From the NCBI RefSeq assembly GCF_018350175.1, contig NC_058368.1:150724001-150788000 (forward strand): a stretch of 64,000 bases of DNA. The letters run 5' to 3'. The translations under genes were made by a program, and so were the position numbers. A model generated the notes under the pieces. That model saw nothing but the letters and a program-made list of their open reading frames with translations, did not search any database and was not told the DNA's origin. Source of the DNA: Felis catus. Its lineage: Eukaryota. Positions 25,001-38,195 of this stretch are shown piece by piece; position 1 is the stretch's first letter; each line of letters opens with the position of its first letter.

Positions 25001-25176
25001 TTGGTTAATGCTTTGTTGTAAAAAAAAATAACTCCATTTAATTTTTATCGTAGAGAGGGTTAGTGAACCAGTAATATGCAAAGATGTATGGATTATCTAC
25101 CCTGTATGTTATAGTGCACTTCTTAAAATGCAAATTCGGGGGCACATCTATTAATAGTTTTAATTTAACTGGTATA

Positions 25177-25376
25177 GAGGCACCTGGGTGGCTCAGGTCA
25201 TGATCTTGCAGTTTGTGAGTTTGAGTCCTGCATCAGGCCCTGCACTGACAGTGAGGAGCCTGCTTGGGATTCTCTTTCTCTGCCTCTCCCCTACTTGTGT
25301 GCGCTCTCTCTCAAAATAAATCAATAAACTTTTTAAAATATTTTTTTAATTAAAAAAAAATAAAAATTTAAAAACC
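25177..25376 (+). mobile_element. Can-SINE with an internal head deletion
   Basis: GAGGCACCTGGGTGGCTCAG joins directly to GTCATGATC; TSD TTAACTGGTATA at 25165-25176 and 25377-25388. Confidence 0.92.
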
Positions 25377-25655
25377 TTAACTGGTATAACATAACCAGAT
25401 GGTTTTTAAATGGCTTCTTTGATGAAATCTGCAGAATAAACTAGCTTTTCATGGTATGTTGTACTGTAAAAATATTCTACTGATGTTTAATTTCAACCCT
25501 AGACAAAAATTATGCAAACAAACCTATGGAAGTATTAGGTTGGGGACATAGCAAGATAGTAGCATTGGCTTTTGAAATTATATCAGTGTCTAAAGAGGCT
25601 GACTGTGTGTTTTCTATTTAGTGTTAGACTGGCCTTCAGCTCCAAACACCAAACC

Positions 25656-25825
25656 AATGGTTCTCAAACTTTGGCCAGTAGTATCAAAACATTATCCAAA
25701 ACACCTAGAGATCTTGATAAAAATACAAAAACTTAAGCCCTATTTTAATTTAATAAGCACACATTATTGTGCTCTTTTTTGCCTGCCTGAGATTCTGATA
25801 TACACCAAATTTGGGGAACCACTAC
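25656..25825. mobile_element. MER5-type hAT MITE relic
   Basis: Terminal inverted repeats CAATGGTTCTCAAACTTTGG ... CCAAATTTGGGGAACCACT, plus internal GAGATTCTGAT. Confidence 0.65.
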
Positions 25826-26020
25826 ACTAAAATAAACTTTAAAGAAAATATTAGGATAGTAAAAGGAAGCCTATGATAGTAAAAGGAGGTCAACCAGTTC
25901 TAAAATATTTGAAGTTTGACTATAGCTAAATAACATGATATTTTTAAAGGACAGAAAAGTATAGGAATTTTATGAGGGAACGAATGAAGTTGTCTCTGTC
26001 TCTCACTTTAAGACTCTGAA

Positions 26021-26752
26021 GGGGTGCCTGGGAGGCTCAGTCAGATTAAGCATCTGGACTTTGGCTCAGATCATGATCTCCCAGTTCGTGGGTTTGAGCC
26101 CCATTCTGGGCTGTGTGCTGACAGCTCAGAGCCTGGAGCCAGCTTCAGATTCGGTGTCTCCCTCTTTCTCTGCCTCTCCTCTGCTTGTACTCTGTCTCTC
26201 TCTCTCTCAAAAATAAATAAACATTAAAAAATTACAATAAAGAATTTGGAAATAAGATTGCCCTCTGAGGGGCGCGGGGGGGACTCAATCTGTTAAGTAT
26301 CTGACCCTTGATTTCAGCTGGAGTCATGATTTCTTGGTTCATGGGTTAGAGCCCCACATTGGGCTGTAGGCTGACAGCTCACCTGGAGCCTGCTTCAGAT
26401 TCTGTGTCTCCCTCTCTCTCTGCCCCTCCCCTGCTCATGCTCTTTCTCTCTCTCAAAAATAAATAAGCATTAAAAAAATTAAAATGAAATAAAATAAAGA
26501 ATTTAGAAATAAGACTGCCCTCTGAGGGGTGCCCGGGGGACCCAGTCTGTTAAGTATATGATCCTTGATTTCATCTGGGGGCATGACGTCCTGGTTCGTG
26601 GGTTGGAGCCCCACACTGGGTTCTGCACTAACAATGTCGAGCCTGCTTGGGATTCTCTCTCTCTCCCTGTTTCTTCTGCTCCTTCCCCATTCCCACTGTG
26701 TTTGTCTCTCTCTCTCTCAAAGAAAATAAACTTCAATAAAAAAAAAAAAAAA
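26021..26752 (+). mobile_element. Three head-to-tail Can-SINEs (26021-~26240, 26269-~26500, 26526-~26752)
   Basis: Three SINE heads, (CT)n segments and A-rich tails. The linker TAAAGAATTT(G/A)GAAATAAGA(T/C)TGCCCTCTGA occurs twice. Confidence 0.95.
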
Positions 26753-26989
26753 GATTTCTCTCTGAGATTTAAACTAACACAAATTTACAATTAAAGAAGG
26801 AGATCAGGCTACCATAAGTAATCCAAGATACTATGTCAAAAGGTGAGACAGAAATATGGAACATTCTGAAAACACGGATCAGTATAAATTCAAACATGAA
26901 TGTAATTAAAAAACATGAAATTCTGTCAATAATATTTCACTCCTTCTAAGGAAAGGCAGGTTAAAACGAAGAATGGACTAAAGATATTC

Positions 26990-29370
26990 AGATGTCACAC
27001 ACATAAGAAGATGCTCAACAACATTTGTCACTATTGAAATGCAAATTAAACAGCAATGAGATACTACTAAACACCGATTAGGATGGCTAAGATCCAAAAC
27101 ACTGACAATATCAATTACTGGTGAAGATGTAGAACAGGAATTCACAACACAAAATGGCAGAGCCACTTTGGAAATCAGTTTGGCAGTTTAGTACAAAGCT
27201 AAACATAGTCTCGCCAGTTTATTACAAAGCTAAACATAGTCTCGCCATACAATTCAGTAAACCATGCTTCTTACTCAACTGATTTGATGTTCATACAAAT
27301 ATCTATATGTGAATGTTTATTCATAATCACAAAGAAGTTGAAGCCACAAGATGTCCTTCAATAGTTAATGGATAAAGAAACTGATGTACATTCATAAAAT
27401 GAAATACTATTCAACAATAAAGAGAAACGAACTGTCAAGCCATGCAAAGACAAAGATGAATCTTAAATGCATATTGTTAAGTGAAAGAATTCATTCTGAA
27501 AAGGCAACCTGTATGATTCCATTTACATAACTTTCTGGAAAGGGCTAAACTATACAAATAGTGAAAAGCTCAGTGGTTGCCAGCAGTTTGAGAGGAGAGA
27601 AGGTTGATTAAGAGAAGCACAAGGGAATTTTAAGGTAGTGAAACTCTTCTGTATGCTATTGGAATAGTAGTTATGTGATACCATGCATGTGGTGAAACCC
27701 ACAGAACTTTATAGCACAAAGAATGAACCTTAATATATGCAAATTTTAAAATACCATTCAGGAAGTTAAGGGATCCCACCATGGGATGCAGACCACGACA
27801 TAATCTAATTGCACTACAAATGTATGAAACATTACCACTAAAGGCAGTTGGGGAATAAGTTGCAGACCTAAGGAACTTTGGAACTGAGTTTGTAAAACCA
27901 AAGGCAAAAACAACTATGCATAAACACTGTATTCTAGTTGATCAAGTTGTTTTCTATGGTGGTATGGGTTAAAATTATGAAAACACTATACCAGTATACT
28001 GGATTGAAAAATTAAGTAATGGATGATGGATGGTGGGAGCCAGGTTTCTCATCGTTGCAGTGAGAAATAGCAGATTACCAAGGAGAAAAGGCTAGAATGA
28101 CCCATATTACAATAAATAAGGGTTGGCAAGTTCAATATGAACAATGTTCAGTTTAATATATAGATGGATACATATAGAGATATTTATAGATATGTACATA
28201 TACCCAGGTTAGTATACACACATATATTTCCTTGTTCTGTTAGCTAAGAGAATCTAGAAGCAAGGACACTGCAGCAGAAATGAGTACATGTAGAAACTAG
28301 ATCTTGGTTTTTAATACCACTCCAATAAAAGGAAGCAAGTCTCCTTGCAGAAATAGTCAGTTCTAGAACTGGGGCAGGAAATATCGAATGAACCTGGAGC
28401 ATCTTATAGTCCCAAAAAGCAAAGAAGTTCTGAAAAAAGAAAAGTAGAACTAAAAAAACATAATAAGCATATGTCAAGAAACACAAAATCTAAATGAAAA
28501 ATGGCCAAACTGGAAAAATTTGAGCAACGAAATAAATATAATAGTATTGGATTATAACAGACAGTATAAAATAAATAGCCATGAGTCCATCTAGATATAG
28601 ATATATAACTATATATGATGAAATATTTGAAAAACAAAAAAATAAATAATAAGTAGGAGGAAGTAGCTAAGTCTCCTGTGCAGAATTCCAAATAATTTAT
28701 GTAGATACTCACCCTTTAAGGAGAGAGAGCTTAGCACCCCACACTATAAGTGTGGGCTATAGTGACTTCCTTACAGAGTGAAGCATGGAAAGGGGGGGAA
28801 AGAGTAACTTTAGAGTACAGAAACCTGACAAACATCCCTTTAGCCAGATGATCAAGGTCAGCATCAATAGGGATTATACTGACATTACGTATCCTTGATA
28901 GGATGTGATGAGAATGACACTTCCCCTCTGTTGTCTTTTCCTTCAAAACCATAATCCCAGTCTAATCATGAGAAAAATATCAGACAAATTCCAATTAACA
29001 GACATTCTACAAAACAGCTGACCAGTACTCTACAAAATTGTCAATGTTATCAAAACCAAGGAAACCCTAAAAAAAACTGTCACAGCCAACAAAAACCTAA
29101 GGAGACATGACAAATAAATGCAGTGTGGTATCCTGGAACAGAAAAAGGATGTTGGATCAAAACTAATGAAATCTTAATAAAGTATGGGCTTTTGTTAATA
29201 ATATGGTATCAATATTTATTCATTAATTACATGAAATGTACCTACTATAAAATATTAGTAATTAAGAAAATTGTGTGTGGGGTATTTGGGGATTCTCTAT
29301 ACTACCTTCATAACTCTTTTTGTAAACCTAAAACCGTTCCAAAATTAAAAAGTTCATATATTTAAAAACA
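26990..29370 (+). mobile_element. Old L1MC-type 3' end with long 3'UTR
   Basis: GAAATGCAAATTAAA...GGATGGCTAAGATCCAAAACACTGACAAT ORF2-end motifs, then an L1MC-like 3'UTR (TGACCAGTACTC...AAAATTGTCAATGTTATCAAAACCAAGGAAA; GTAAACCTAAAACCGTTCCAAAATTAAAA). Confidence 0.8.
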
Positions 29371-30981
29371 ACATGGACTCTGGAATAAAAAATAAAATAG
29401 CAATAATCAGATCCTATTCACATCACCTTTTATTAAAGGTTTGGGGAACCCAAGGACAGGGCAGATAACCTCATACTGAATTTTCCCATTCCACTCTGCC
29501 CTTCTAACTAGTCATCTTCTCTTTCTCCCCTACTTCATTCTCTGCTGTCTCTCCAGCCACAAGTTCTTGTTCATTTCTAAGGCAGAGCCATTCATTTGTG
29601 TGGTTGTATCCTTTTTGCCTGCTAATCTTTGACCTCAGGATCTCACTTCCATCTTAAAAAAGACACTACATTGACCAAGGCAACTCTACTGCCCCAGAAG
29701 CTTCTTTACCTTTTCTCTGCTGCCTACAAAGCCTACTCCAACCAGCCCACTATGTAAACATATTCTTTCTTCTGATTATCTTTAACACATTAATTTACAC
29801 TTTTATTTTACATTGATTATATTTCTGTCATGTTTTCTTGAGATTATAGCCTACTTCTATTTCTTGGATAACAGTGCATTGAGTCATTTGTTTTCTGTTT
29901 ATTCCTTTATAAAAATTTACTTCTAAGTAGTCTATCTTTCATTTTGCAATAGTTTACTAATTAGAAGAACTGTATTAACTAAAACTAAAACAAACATATT
30001 TCCATTTTGCATATTTCAAGTAGGAAGCTCTAGCTTAGGAGGGGTTCTTTAATATATACACTCTCCCAGAAACTAGGTCCCTTATTCCAGGCAGAAAGTC
30101 AGTTTCTTCATTGGTGTAGACTAGGCTATAGTAACAAAAAGACTCTGAAATTTTCTTGAATATACTCAAATTTGCTGAAGCACAGTATTTCTTTTTTATA
30201 TAACAGACCAGGGCAGTTGCTCAGAATGGCAGGATGGCTCTACATGTATTTATGAAGGATTCTAGGCTACTTCCACCTTCTGGATCCACTTTCCCCTAAT
30301 GCCTCCTCATCCTCTGCATCCAGATGGTAGAAAGGAAAAGTACATGGTGCAGCATGGGCCCAACCTGGGAGTGATACCTATTTCTTTCACTCAAGTTCCA
30401 TTGGCTAACCTATCTGCATGATGGGGTAGGAAATGTCTTTCCTTTTGCCCTGAAGGAAAGAATAATGGAAATCCAGTAGTCTCCTCTCCATCTGGGTAGA
30501 AAAGTTTGTTCTATTTAGCAAAGTTTGTTCAGTAGAAACCAGAGCTGGATGGTCACAAGGGCCACATAGTTGAGAATGTGCTTGAAATCAGCAGGGCAGT
30601 AGAGGTTCTCTATTGGTGAGTTCCATTAAGCATTTGTGAGAAAGACTGGAAGACTTTGATACCACATTTGCCATGTCATTCCTCATTGAAGAAAAGAAGA
30701 AATGTCTCGGATTCATCAATGCAGCGATATCAGAGCTGACGAGGCAGCAATTGTTCCACTTCCCTTATAGATAGAAGTCCATTCAAAAACATAGCTTTAC
30801 TTCCAGTTGTATCTCTTCCAACGAGAGAAGGTAATAAATCAGTTATGTAAGGTGCTCTGCTACTTCCAGTGGGTGGCTCAATCCTACTTGGATTTTGAAG
30901 GGAGGAGGAGCACCTACCATATGTAAACAATATTACATCATTTGGCTTTTATTTTCTCTTAAAATCACTTATGTAGGTTTC

Positions 30982-31071
30982 TTTTTTTTTTTTTTTTTTT
31001 TTTTAGATAGAGGGAAAGTGTGAGCAAGTGAGTTCAACTGGCATGGGGCAGAGGGAAGGAGAAAGAAAGTG

Positions 31072-31116
<45 letters not shown>

Positions 31117-31227
31117 CTTGAGTAGGCTCCACACTCAGCACACAGCTCCATCTCATGACTGTGAGATCATGACCTGAGCTGAAACCAAAAATTGGAGGCT
31201 TAACCGACTGAGCATCCCAGGTGACCC
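30982..31227 (-). mobile_element. Can-SINE with long T tail and (GA)n
   Basis: GAGATCATGACCTGAGC...CTTAACCGACTGAGCATCCCAGGTGACCC; TSD-like TGTAGGTTTCT on both sides. Confidence 0.92.
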
Positions 31228-32997
31228 TGCTTCTGTAGGTTTCTAACGTATATCTTTGTGTGCTTCATGAAGAATATCCTTAACTTCTTTATGGGGGCCC
31301 CTTCCTAAAAATGTAGCTTCATATTATGCTTCAAAGACAAAATACTTTTAGAATCCTTTTCCCTTTTAAAGTCCCCTTTGCAGCTAATTCATAAACCATC
31401 AAAAATATCAGTGGTATTAGTTTATTTTTAAACCTTAATTTTTACCCAAAATAGCTTTAGTTGGCTTGACCAGTCAAATCTAATGTGATTTCAAATGATT
31501 CCTGGTTCTTTCAAAATATTAAATCCATGAATTGACACCTTTGAAGTTATTTAAAGAAGTTTGCCACAGGCTTTGAAATTCTAAAAACAGTTCCAAAATA
31601 TTTCAAGTAGTACAACAACTTTGGACTGTCTCACTTCTTAAGGGGAAAGCTCTGAATGAAAACGTTTACTTGATGCGAAGTTCTGGTAAACTTGATTTTA
31701 AAACAACAAAATGAACATTACTTTAGAGTGAACTTAAATAAAGAAGTAAATAGTCAACCTATCTAGTGTGAAAAGTAAAGCAGTTATACAGATAATTTCT
31801 TTTACTAATCACGGCTATTTATGCTTATTTATTTTATATTTTTCATTGGAGTCCTATATGAACAGTTTAAAATATAAAATAGATTTATCAGCCTTATTAT
31901 AGAGAAATAGTAGTCTCCTGCCTTCTCTCTTCCTGTTCTATTTCCTCTTTCCCAGAAGTACTTCCAACATTTTTGGTTGATGTTTTGCTATTTACCTCCA
32001 TGTCTCCAAAAAGCATGCTGCATAGCCTCGTCTTGTTTTCAGTTTGGGGTATTACCTATAGATCTAGTGCAACAGAAGTAGAAGTTCTAGCTCACTACTT
32101 TCCTCATGCTCCTATAACACATGCACAACTTTCACTTCCTTATTCTCCATATATATTTCTAGCTCAATTTTGTGCTGACATTATTATTACTATGGAAATA
32201 TTATTCATAGCTGTGCTATGTAGTAAATCAGGATTCCTTTCCCTTTCCTGTACAACTTTTGAATTAGTCATTTTGTGCTGTTTTCCTAGTTTTCTCTGGC
32301 TTATTTATCACTGATTCAAGTCCAAACTCTATGTCAATTGCCTAAATTTCTCTCAAGTACGTTAAGATGCTAGAAATATTCTACCAATTTTATTCTGCAT
32401 TCTCAATTTCATCTTACAAAAGAAATCTTTCTTGAAGTCTTCTGAATTTTCCCATTCTGGTTGTGGTTTTCTCAATCCTGCATTATGGTTGTTTGGGATC
32501 TTCTTCTACCATAATTTTTGGTTTTTCTTTGCCTTACTCTGCTAATTCTTCTATATTCTCCCTCTTAATTTTTTCTTCTTTCTGATGGAGCAAATCCTCA
32601 GGCATTCTTCTGAGAAAAGGCACACGGGAAATAATTGAGATCTTACATGTCTGAAAATACCTTTATTTTGTCCTAAATTGATAGTTTTCTAAGTATAGAA
32701 TTAAAGTGTAGAAATCATTTTGCTTCATAATCTTGAAGACATTGCTCTATTGCCTTCAAGATTTAAGTAGTGCTATTTAGAAATTAAATGCCTTCTTCCT
32801 CTCTGATCTTCAGTTTGTGACATGCCCCTTCTGGAAGCTTATCAGACCTCTCTGTGGTCCACAGTTTTCTGACAGTCTGGTGTGGATTTATCTTCATTTT
32901 CCTGGCATTCATTCAATTATTTAAATCTAGAAAATTAAGTGTTTTAAGTATGAATAATTGTCTTGTGTTATATACCTCTAGTGATTCCCTCTCCTCC

Positions 32998-33558
32998 TGT
33001 GGTATGTAGAATTCTACACTGGCCCCCAGGATCTCCACTCAATAGTATACACGCCTTTATATCTCCTTGAGTATAGATAGAACTTTTAAGTTACTTCTAG
33101 CCAAAAGAGTATGGCAAAGGAGATGAAATTTCACCCCCTCCCCATGATTATGCAATGTTATATAGCAAAGCAAAGTGATTTGGCAAATGTAATGTAGATC
33201 CCTAATCAGCTGACTTTAAATTAATCAAAAGATTATGCTAGGTGAGGCTGACTTGGCAGGTGAGCCTTTTAAAGGAGAGTCTAGAGGTAAAAGTCTCTTT
33301 TCTGCTGGCCTTGAAAAAGCACACTGCCAGGGGTTCCAATGCTATAATGAAATGAATTCTGACAAAGAACATATGAGCCTCTGAAGAGAACCCAGCCCTC
33401 ACCTATCATTTGTTACAGCCTTGTGTGGCCATGAGCAGAACACCTAGTTAACAGTACCTGGTTTCCTAATCCATGAAAACTGTGGGATAATAAATGTAAG
33501 TTGTGTTAAGGTGCTATGTTCATGGTAATTTGTTATGCAGCGATAGAAGTCTAATAGA
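32998..33558 (+). mobile_element. MLT1E/F-type MaLR solo LTR
   Basis: Starts TGTGGTA..GAATTCTA..TGGCCCCCAGGATC; contains CCCTAATCAGCTGACTTT and TGCTGGCCTTGAA; ends GGTAATTTGTTATGCAGCGATAGAAGTCTAATA. Confidence 0.85.
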
Positions 33559-33740
33559 AATCCCCCTTCCCCCACCCCTATTTGTTTCTTTCTGTTCTCA
33601 ATATTATCTGGATTTAGGGTTTCCTGGGCTAGTCTTTTTTTTTTTTTTTCATCTGTTCTTCTGTTTTACTTTATGGGAAATGTCTTCAGAAATTTTTATC
33701 TTCTAATTCTTCTGATCTGTTTTTTCATCTGCTATTATAC

Positions 33741-33743
<3 letters not shown>

Positions 33744-33780
<37 letters not shown>
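33744..33780. repeat. (TG)n microsatellite
   Basis: Seen directly. Confidence 0.95.
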
Positions 33781-33782
<2 letters not shown>

Positions 33783-35689
33783 TTAACTCCAATAGCTTAT
33801 TTTGTTCTCTGAATGTTTTAATTTTGTTATAGTATCCTATTCTTGTTTCATGATTGCAATATCTTTTTTTTTAACACCTTTAAGGATATTAATGATGTGA
33901 TTTAAGTTTTTTTTGTTTGTTTGTTTGTTTTTGGAGTTTGATTCTCCAGGTAGGGCATGTATTTCCTCTAAGATGCTTTCATCTGTTTGCTTTATTTTGG
34001 TCTCTTTACCTTTCAAGTTAAAGATTTCTCTCAGATCATAAAGATAACAGGCATCTGTGTGTCAAGAGGTGTTGGGGTAGAAGTGGGAAAGTAACTTCCC
34101 AACAGTTTTACTTGAGGGTGATCTGGCTTGGCTTTTTACTTGAAGAGCCTAGAATGTCAGTATCTTTAAACCTTTTCTTCTGAGCTTATCAGACTGTGTA
34201 GGGAAAGATCTTCCAATCTCCTAGTTGAAGTTAAAAGTCTGTCAACTACTATTTTGGAAGGTAAAGAGAGTTAGGGTTTTCAGCATTTAGCATGCATATT
34301 TCTACTTATTTCCCCCACTTTCAGTATCCTGTCCTTACCTTCAACCCCACCTAGCCAAGAGCCTACGTCTCACCCTCCTCAGAGACTAGATCTCTAGTCC
34401 TCTGCCAGGGTTGGGATGGGGGGTTGGTCTGGGGAGGAGAGGGGGCAGCACTTTCTTGGATGCTGGGAATTGGGGACATAGTTAATGGATCTGACTGCTT
34501 TTTAACTTTGAGTGTATCCTCCTATTTTACCCACCTTCCTTCAAGCCCCATTTCCAGAGACATCTAGTATTGCCAGTCTCTACTGTAAAATTAAGTTAGT
34601 TGACAGTTTTCTCTTTGCCAGCTTTGGATCTGTATTCTCAGGTCCATTAAGTTCTCTTTACCGCTCATCCACTTGCTTTCTAGCCTCTAGGTTGTTTGCT
34701 TATTTGCTTGCTTGTTCTTTGTTGTTGTTGTTCTGTTCTTCTGTTCTCCCTGTCCTTATTGGTTTGTGCTTCCGAGAAGTTTCTTAGTGCCATTTCTAGG
34801 GTTTGGGACGAAAATAAGAGTAGATGTATATATTCAACTTGTCATGTTTACTAGTAAGTCTGTTTACATTTTCCTGGGAAAATTTTATGGTTTGGTGGGG
34901 AGAAGATATTCCAGATAATTGCTCTACTGAAAAACAAACACACCAAAGACCCACGTGCTTAGTCTTTTGTGGGATCTAAGAAAGTACATTTCTTTTCTCC
35001 CTCAAAGCTTTGATTCAGGTCGGTAAATTGATTAAACAATTTTAGAGAATGGTTCTTTCCTCTGGGGAGATAAAGAACATTTATTTGTCAATAAATATAT
35101 GGGCTCTGAAAAAAGTAAATGCCTTTTCATTGATAATTAATTTTTCATGCTCACATAAAACCAGCAACTTCACTCACCAAGAGATTATTTTGGAACACTG
35201 CTGCTTGAAGCTGAGGTTTCTCTCTGTTAAGCACTGGCTTTATTCCATTGTTGACAGCCCAGTCCATCAAACCAGAAGAGCTTCTGAGAAAGTGATGAAG
35301 AACCGGCATTGCCTTTATTTTGCTTTTAGTATTTGTTCACACAGCAACTACCCAAAACAAAATTGGAGCCAATTTGTAGTTGTAAAAGAATATTCGTAAA
35401 TTAAAGAACTATCTCCCTAAAAATGTAGTCGTACGTATTTGACAAGTATAAGGTTGAGAACATCACCAAAAAGAGGATCACGTTTGACATTTAAAAATCT
35501 TTTGTCTCTAGGGGCATTTTAACATCTGTTGGATTCTCTCAACATTCCTAACCTTGGCAGAAATGGCACTGCAATATTTGTTTTTATTTTAAGAACTCTT
35601 ATGAAATTCACTTCCCTGAGCAAGGTGTCCCAATAGTGTACCCGAGGGATTTTTTTCTCTAAGTCATAAATCTCCTATGTCTCTGAGGA

Positions 35690-36065
35690 ACGTGACCTCC
35701 TCAGATAAGCCTTTCCTGCTCACCCTATCCCAAATAGTCTCTTGTCTGCAGCCTATAACTCTCTCTTTCGTTTTCTTTATAACACCGATTGGTATCTGAA
35801 ATTACACTACTTATTATCTGCCTACATTTAACTGTGTAAATACCCCAACTAGAGGTAAACTCCACTAAGACAGGGGGCTTGTTTGTTCTGTTCTCTGCTG
35901 GACCCCCACCTCTGTACAGAAGCCTTTGTACTTTCTTCTTCGGCTCCAGCTTTCCCCCTAGCTTTTCACATTACTTGCTTCTTCACATTCTTCCTGCCCC
36001 AGTGCAAATATCACCTTCTCAGAGAGACCTCCCTGACCACTCTGTCTAAAGTTGATCTCTCCTAA
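35690..36065. mobile_element. L2 LINE fragments
   Basis: AAATATCACCTTCTCAGAGAGACCTCCCTGACCACTCTGTCTAAA and AGCCTTTCCTGCTCACCCTATCC are typical L2 motifs. Confidence 0.6.
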
Positions 36066-36079
36066 TTACTGTCTGTTTT

Positions 36080-36450
36080 CATCAGGGCCTTCGGTTGCAA
36101 GCAATCAAAGATGACTTCAGTTGGTTGAGCAGAAAAGGAGTTTAATAAAATGATATTTTGTGGCTTACTGAATTGTTGAAAGGGCTGGAGAGCTAGGCTT
36201 GAGTTAAGCTTCCAGACTGGCATCCAAAATTATGTTGCAGAACGGATTTGATAAAGGAGTAATTCCAGCCACTAAGGACAAGTGGACTCTTATGCCATGT
36301 ATTACCTTGTAGCCCCAGCTACTATTACAAGAAAGAAGGAGAGGGAGGAAGAGAAATTACCTGAATTATCCTTTTTTGCATCACTAGCATCTGATTCAAA
36401 TGCTCACATGGGTGTATCTAATTGTGGAACTCAAGTCATGACTATGCTCT
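36080..36450 (-). mobile_element. Old MLT1 (MaLR) LTR relic
   Basis: CAGGGCCTTCGGTTGCAAGCAA...AGCAGAAAAGGAGTTTAATAAAATGATATT..., resembling an old MLT1 terminus. Confidence 0.5.
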
Positions 36451-38006
36451 AGTCCAGACCCAAAGGGGTACATTATAAACTATAAACTGTAGGGGGAGCT
36501 AATCTTTACCTAACACTAAACCTCAAACTGTGGAGCATTCACAAAGCTTTGAAAAGTTTTCAGATGTGTCCATCATAGTTTCATACCCAGCCTGCTTTAT
36601 CTGGCAAAACTCTATCAATAGCTCATAAGATAAGTGGAGGGCAAGAATGCTTTACCCAGATTCATTTCTACACCTGCCCAGTGCATCATGCTGGTTTTTC
36701 TGACCTGAAAACCTGGGCCCCATATTTTCCACCTCTCCTGAACATCTGAGCCCATATCACTGGCAGTCAGATATAGATCATAGAAAAATCCTTACAAATT
36801 TGGGGATCCAGAAAATGATGGGAATCCTGAGATGGGTAATCACCTTACAAACAAACGTGAAATGCACCCATTTCAACCAAATCATGGTATTGTGACTGCT
36901 CAGACAAGTGAAATCTCACGTTTAGTATCATCCTCAGTGAAACCCTCTGGATATACCCATGTGTGTGCAAGCATGTGTAGGCAGACTGAGATCCACACGG
37001 CAATCATGACATTTCTTCCCAGAAAGTCAATTTTACTAATAGCAAGTCAATTCAAGCACTGTTTTCTTGTAAAAGAAACATGGGCCTATTATGGGGAGGC
37101 GTATAACAATTACTCAAATTTTCAAAGAAAACAACCACAGTATTTTAAAGACACTTCAGACTTGCTGGTTCAGGTTACCTTTAACAGTTGCCCTATTCTC
37201 TTCCACAACTCGTGTAATTCTATTGATGAAGTTCTGCTACCCCAAACTTCCTCCTGTACCACCAGTTAGGGGGTACTTTGATGGAAAATGACAAGAAAAC
37301 TGCTCTGAACCCACTTCAAATACCAATTATCTGGCTTTGAATACAGTTTGCACAACTACGTACAATAGTCTTCCTTTTTATCTTTTAGGGGCTAGAACTA
37401 TCACCATGAAAGATCATTTGAAGGTGATATTTGGCAGATATCACTCAAGGCTGGTAACATCCAGAATTCTCTACTAAAGTTTATATGGTCACAAATTCCT
37501 GGGTCAAGAAACTGCTACCAAAATAACTTAGGCAAAAAAGGAAATGAAGCTTTCCTTGGTCACTCTCCTACCTACTTTTCTCTACATATCCAGAACAAGG
37601 TAACCACAAACTTTCTACTCTGGTGTCACATTCTGGTATGCCCTCACAAAATTCTCCATGCTCTAAAATTACCTCTCACCTTTAATTGTTCCTCCTTGGT
37701 ATATTACCCTGAATCCTTACCATAAACAATAAAAATCAGCTATTACTAATTAATATCCACCTAGAACAAAGAATCAAGAAAATTAATTATTCATCCAAAG
37801 TAATTCATACCAAAATAAGACTGGCTGATAAGTTGCTTAGGTTTTGAAAGTAGAATAGTTATCCAAATTAGCTCATTCAGTAGGGTGGGTATTAGGTCTG
37901 TTTTGTTGACTCTCACGACTCTAACAAACACAGTGCCTGAGAAGAAATGAGTACTAAATGCTAAATATTGGTTGATTGGGAGAATACTTGGCGGGGGGTG
38001 GGGGTG

Positions 38007-38195
38007 GGGGGTGCCTGGGTGGCTCAGTCAGCTGAGCATTTGATTTGATTTCAGCTCAGGTCATGATCTCACAGTTTGTGAGACTGAGCCCTGCATCAGG
38101 CTCTGCACTGACAGTGTGCAGAGCCTGCTTGGGATTCTCTCTCCTCTCTCTGCCCCTCTACAGTCTCAAAATAAATAAATAAACATAAAAAAAAA
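38007..38195 (+). mobile_element. Can-SINE preceded by a G-run extension
   Basis: Complete SINE; TSD AGAATACTTGG (37981-37991) / AGAATATTTGG (38196-38206). Confidence 0.94.

Larger units (their letters stand above)
31850..34860 (-). mobile_element. Ancient HAL1/L1-ORF1-like element, interrupted by an MLT1 LTR and (TG)n
   Basis: Reverse-complement similarity to the 5520-6280 and 11208-11456 copy (TTCTTCTGAGAAAAGG...CATGTCTGAAAATACCTTTATTTT...GTATAGAATT...AAATCATTTT...TTGAAG). Confidence 0.6.

Noticed and set aside
30600..30930. Locally CpG-containing stretch that might be an exon or retrocopy
   Set aside because: The frames I translated gave no recognisable protein and stop early; no poly(A) or TSD.
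36832..37269. 145-aa plus-strand ORF in unique sequence
   Set aside because: No recognisable domain or splice support; length is compatible with chance in 64 kb.
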